From Promethearchaeota archaeon (lineage in GTDB: Archaea > Asgardarchaeota > Lokiarchaeia > Sigyniarchaeales > SOKP01), in NCBI GenBank assembly GCA_048941265.1, contig JBHLNT010000004.1, forward strand, positions 55,332 to 81,101: 25,770 nucleotides of DNA, written 5' to 3'. Positions 25,453 to 25,770 of the stretch are shown here, one piece after another (position 1 is the stretch's first letter; the number at the start of each line of letters is the position of its first letter). A program made the position numbers and the translations under genes. The notes beneath the pieces were generated by a model. The model searched no databases. It was not told the DNA's origin and saw nothing but the letters and a program-made list of their open reading frames with translations.

Positions 25453-25770
25453 TCAAATTAAGTCTTTTTGTTCTGTAATGGGAGCGGTGTGCAATCGTCT
25501 TACAAGTTTTCTAACTTCTTCTATTTTCATGCTTTCCGGCGGAAGACTTAATTGGACCTTTTTAGCCATATTATATGCCATTTCAATATAATTTAGATCT
25601 TCCAACATTTCGATAATTTGAAGTTTATAGTCGATATCGCTAGCACCCTCGCCGTATTCCAACAGTTTTTCCTTAAGTAAGACATCAATTTTCTGAGATC
25701 TTTCAACATGTCGTACCTTTTTGACGAGTTGCTTGAAGCTATTCATGATATTATACATTTCTGACTTCGG
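25453..25770 (-). CDS. C-terminal part of a helical protein whose start probably lies beyond the window
   Basis: The frame stays open from 25770 (PKSE-MYNIMNS...) to TGA at 25453-25455; helical composition; no family recognised. Confidence 0.65.
   Translation of the reverse strand, partial: PKSEMYNIMNSFKQLVKKVRHVERSQKIDVLLKEKLLEYGEGASDIDYKLQIIEMLEDLNYIEMAYNMAKKVQLSLPPESMKIEEVRKLVRRLHTAPITEQKDLI

Noticed and set aside
1-25770. tRNA, rRNA or CRISPR array
   Set aside because: Intergenic regions are short and very AT-rich, with no GC-rich cloverleaf, rRNA-like tract or regularly spaced short repeats seen by eye.

Overview
AT-rich archaeal chromosomal segment, most likely from an Asgard archaeon of the Lokiarchaeia type. 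This is inferred from GGTG/GAGGT ribosome-binding sites, two Ras-superfamily small-GTPase genes (one behind a longin-like domain), a CxxC..H..H domain protein and GPH-MFS/Fe-S gene types. The left ~3.3 kb looks like the edge of an accessory or defence island. It holds a >=452-aa GIY-YIG nuclease ORF missing from the ORF track because it runs off the window, a homologue of integron-cassette protein VCH_CASS14, a membrane-anchored orphan and a Cap12/PycTIR-like TIR protein. Next come an MFS transporter and a plastic region (5.1-7.6 kb) with an alpha/beta-hydrolase remnant, three paralogous multi-pass membrane genes and a 130-bp direct repeat. The rest is core-like: a HEAT protein, purD, a phytoene-desaturase-family oxidoreductase, an Fe-S protein, a Rab-like GTPase plus 11-mer amphipathic-helix gene pair, a thiolase, a HAD phosphatase, tandem M32 carboxypeptidases, a longin/GTPase/MIT-like protein with degenerate switch II, an SDR remnant, a polyferredoxin and a Cys-cluster plus HEAT-coiled-coil pair. 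I saw no rRNA, tRNA, CRISPR array, transposase or integrase. All family calls are motif recognition by eye, not database searches.
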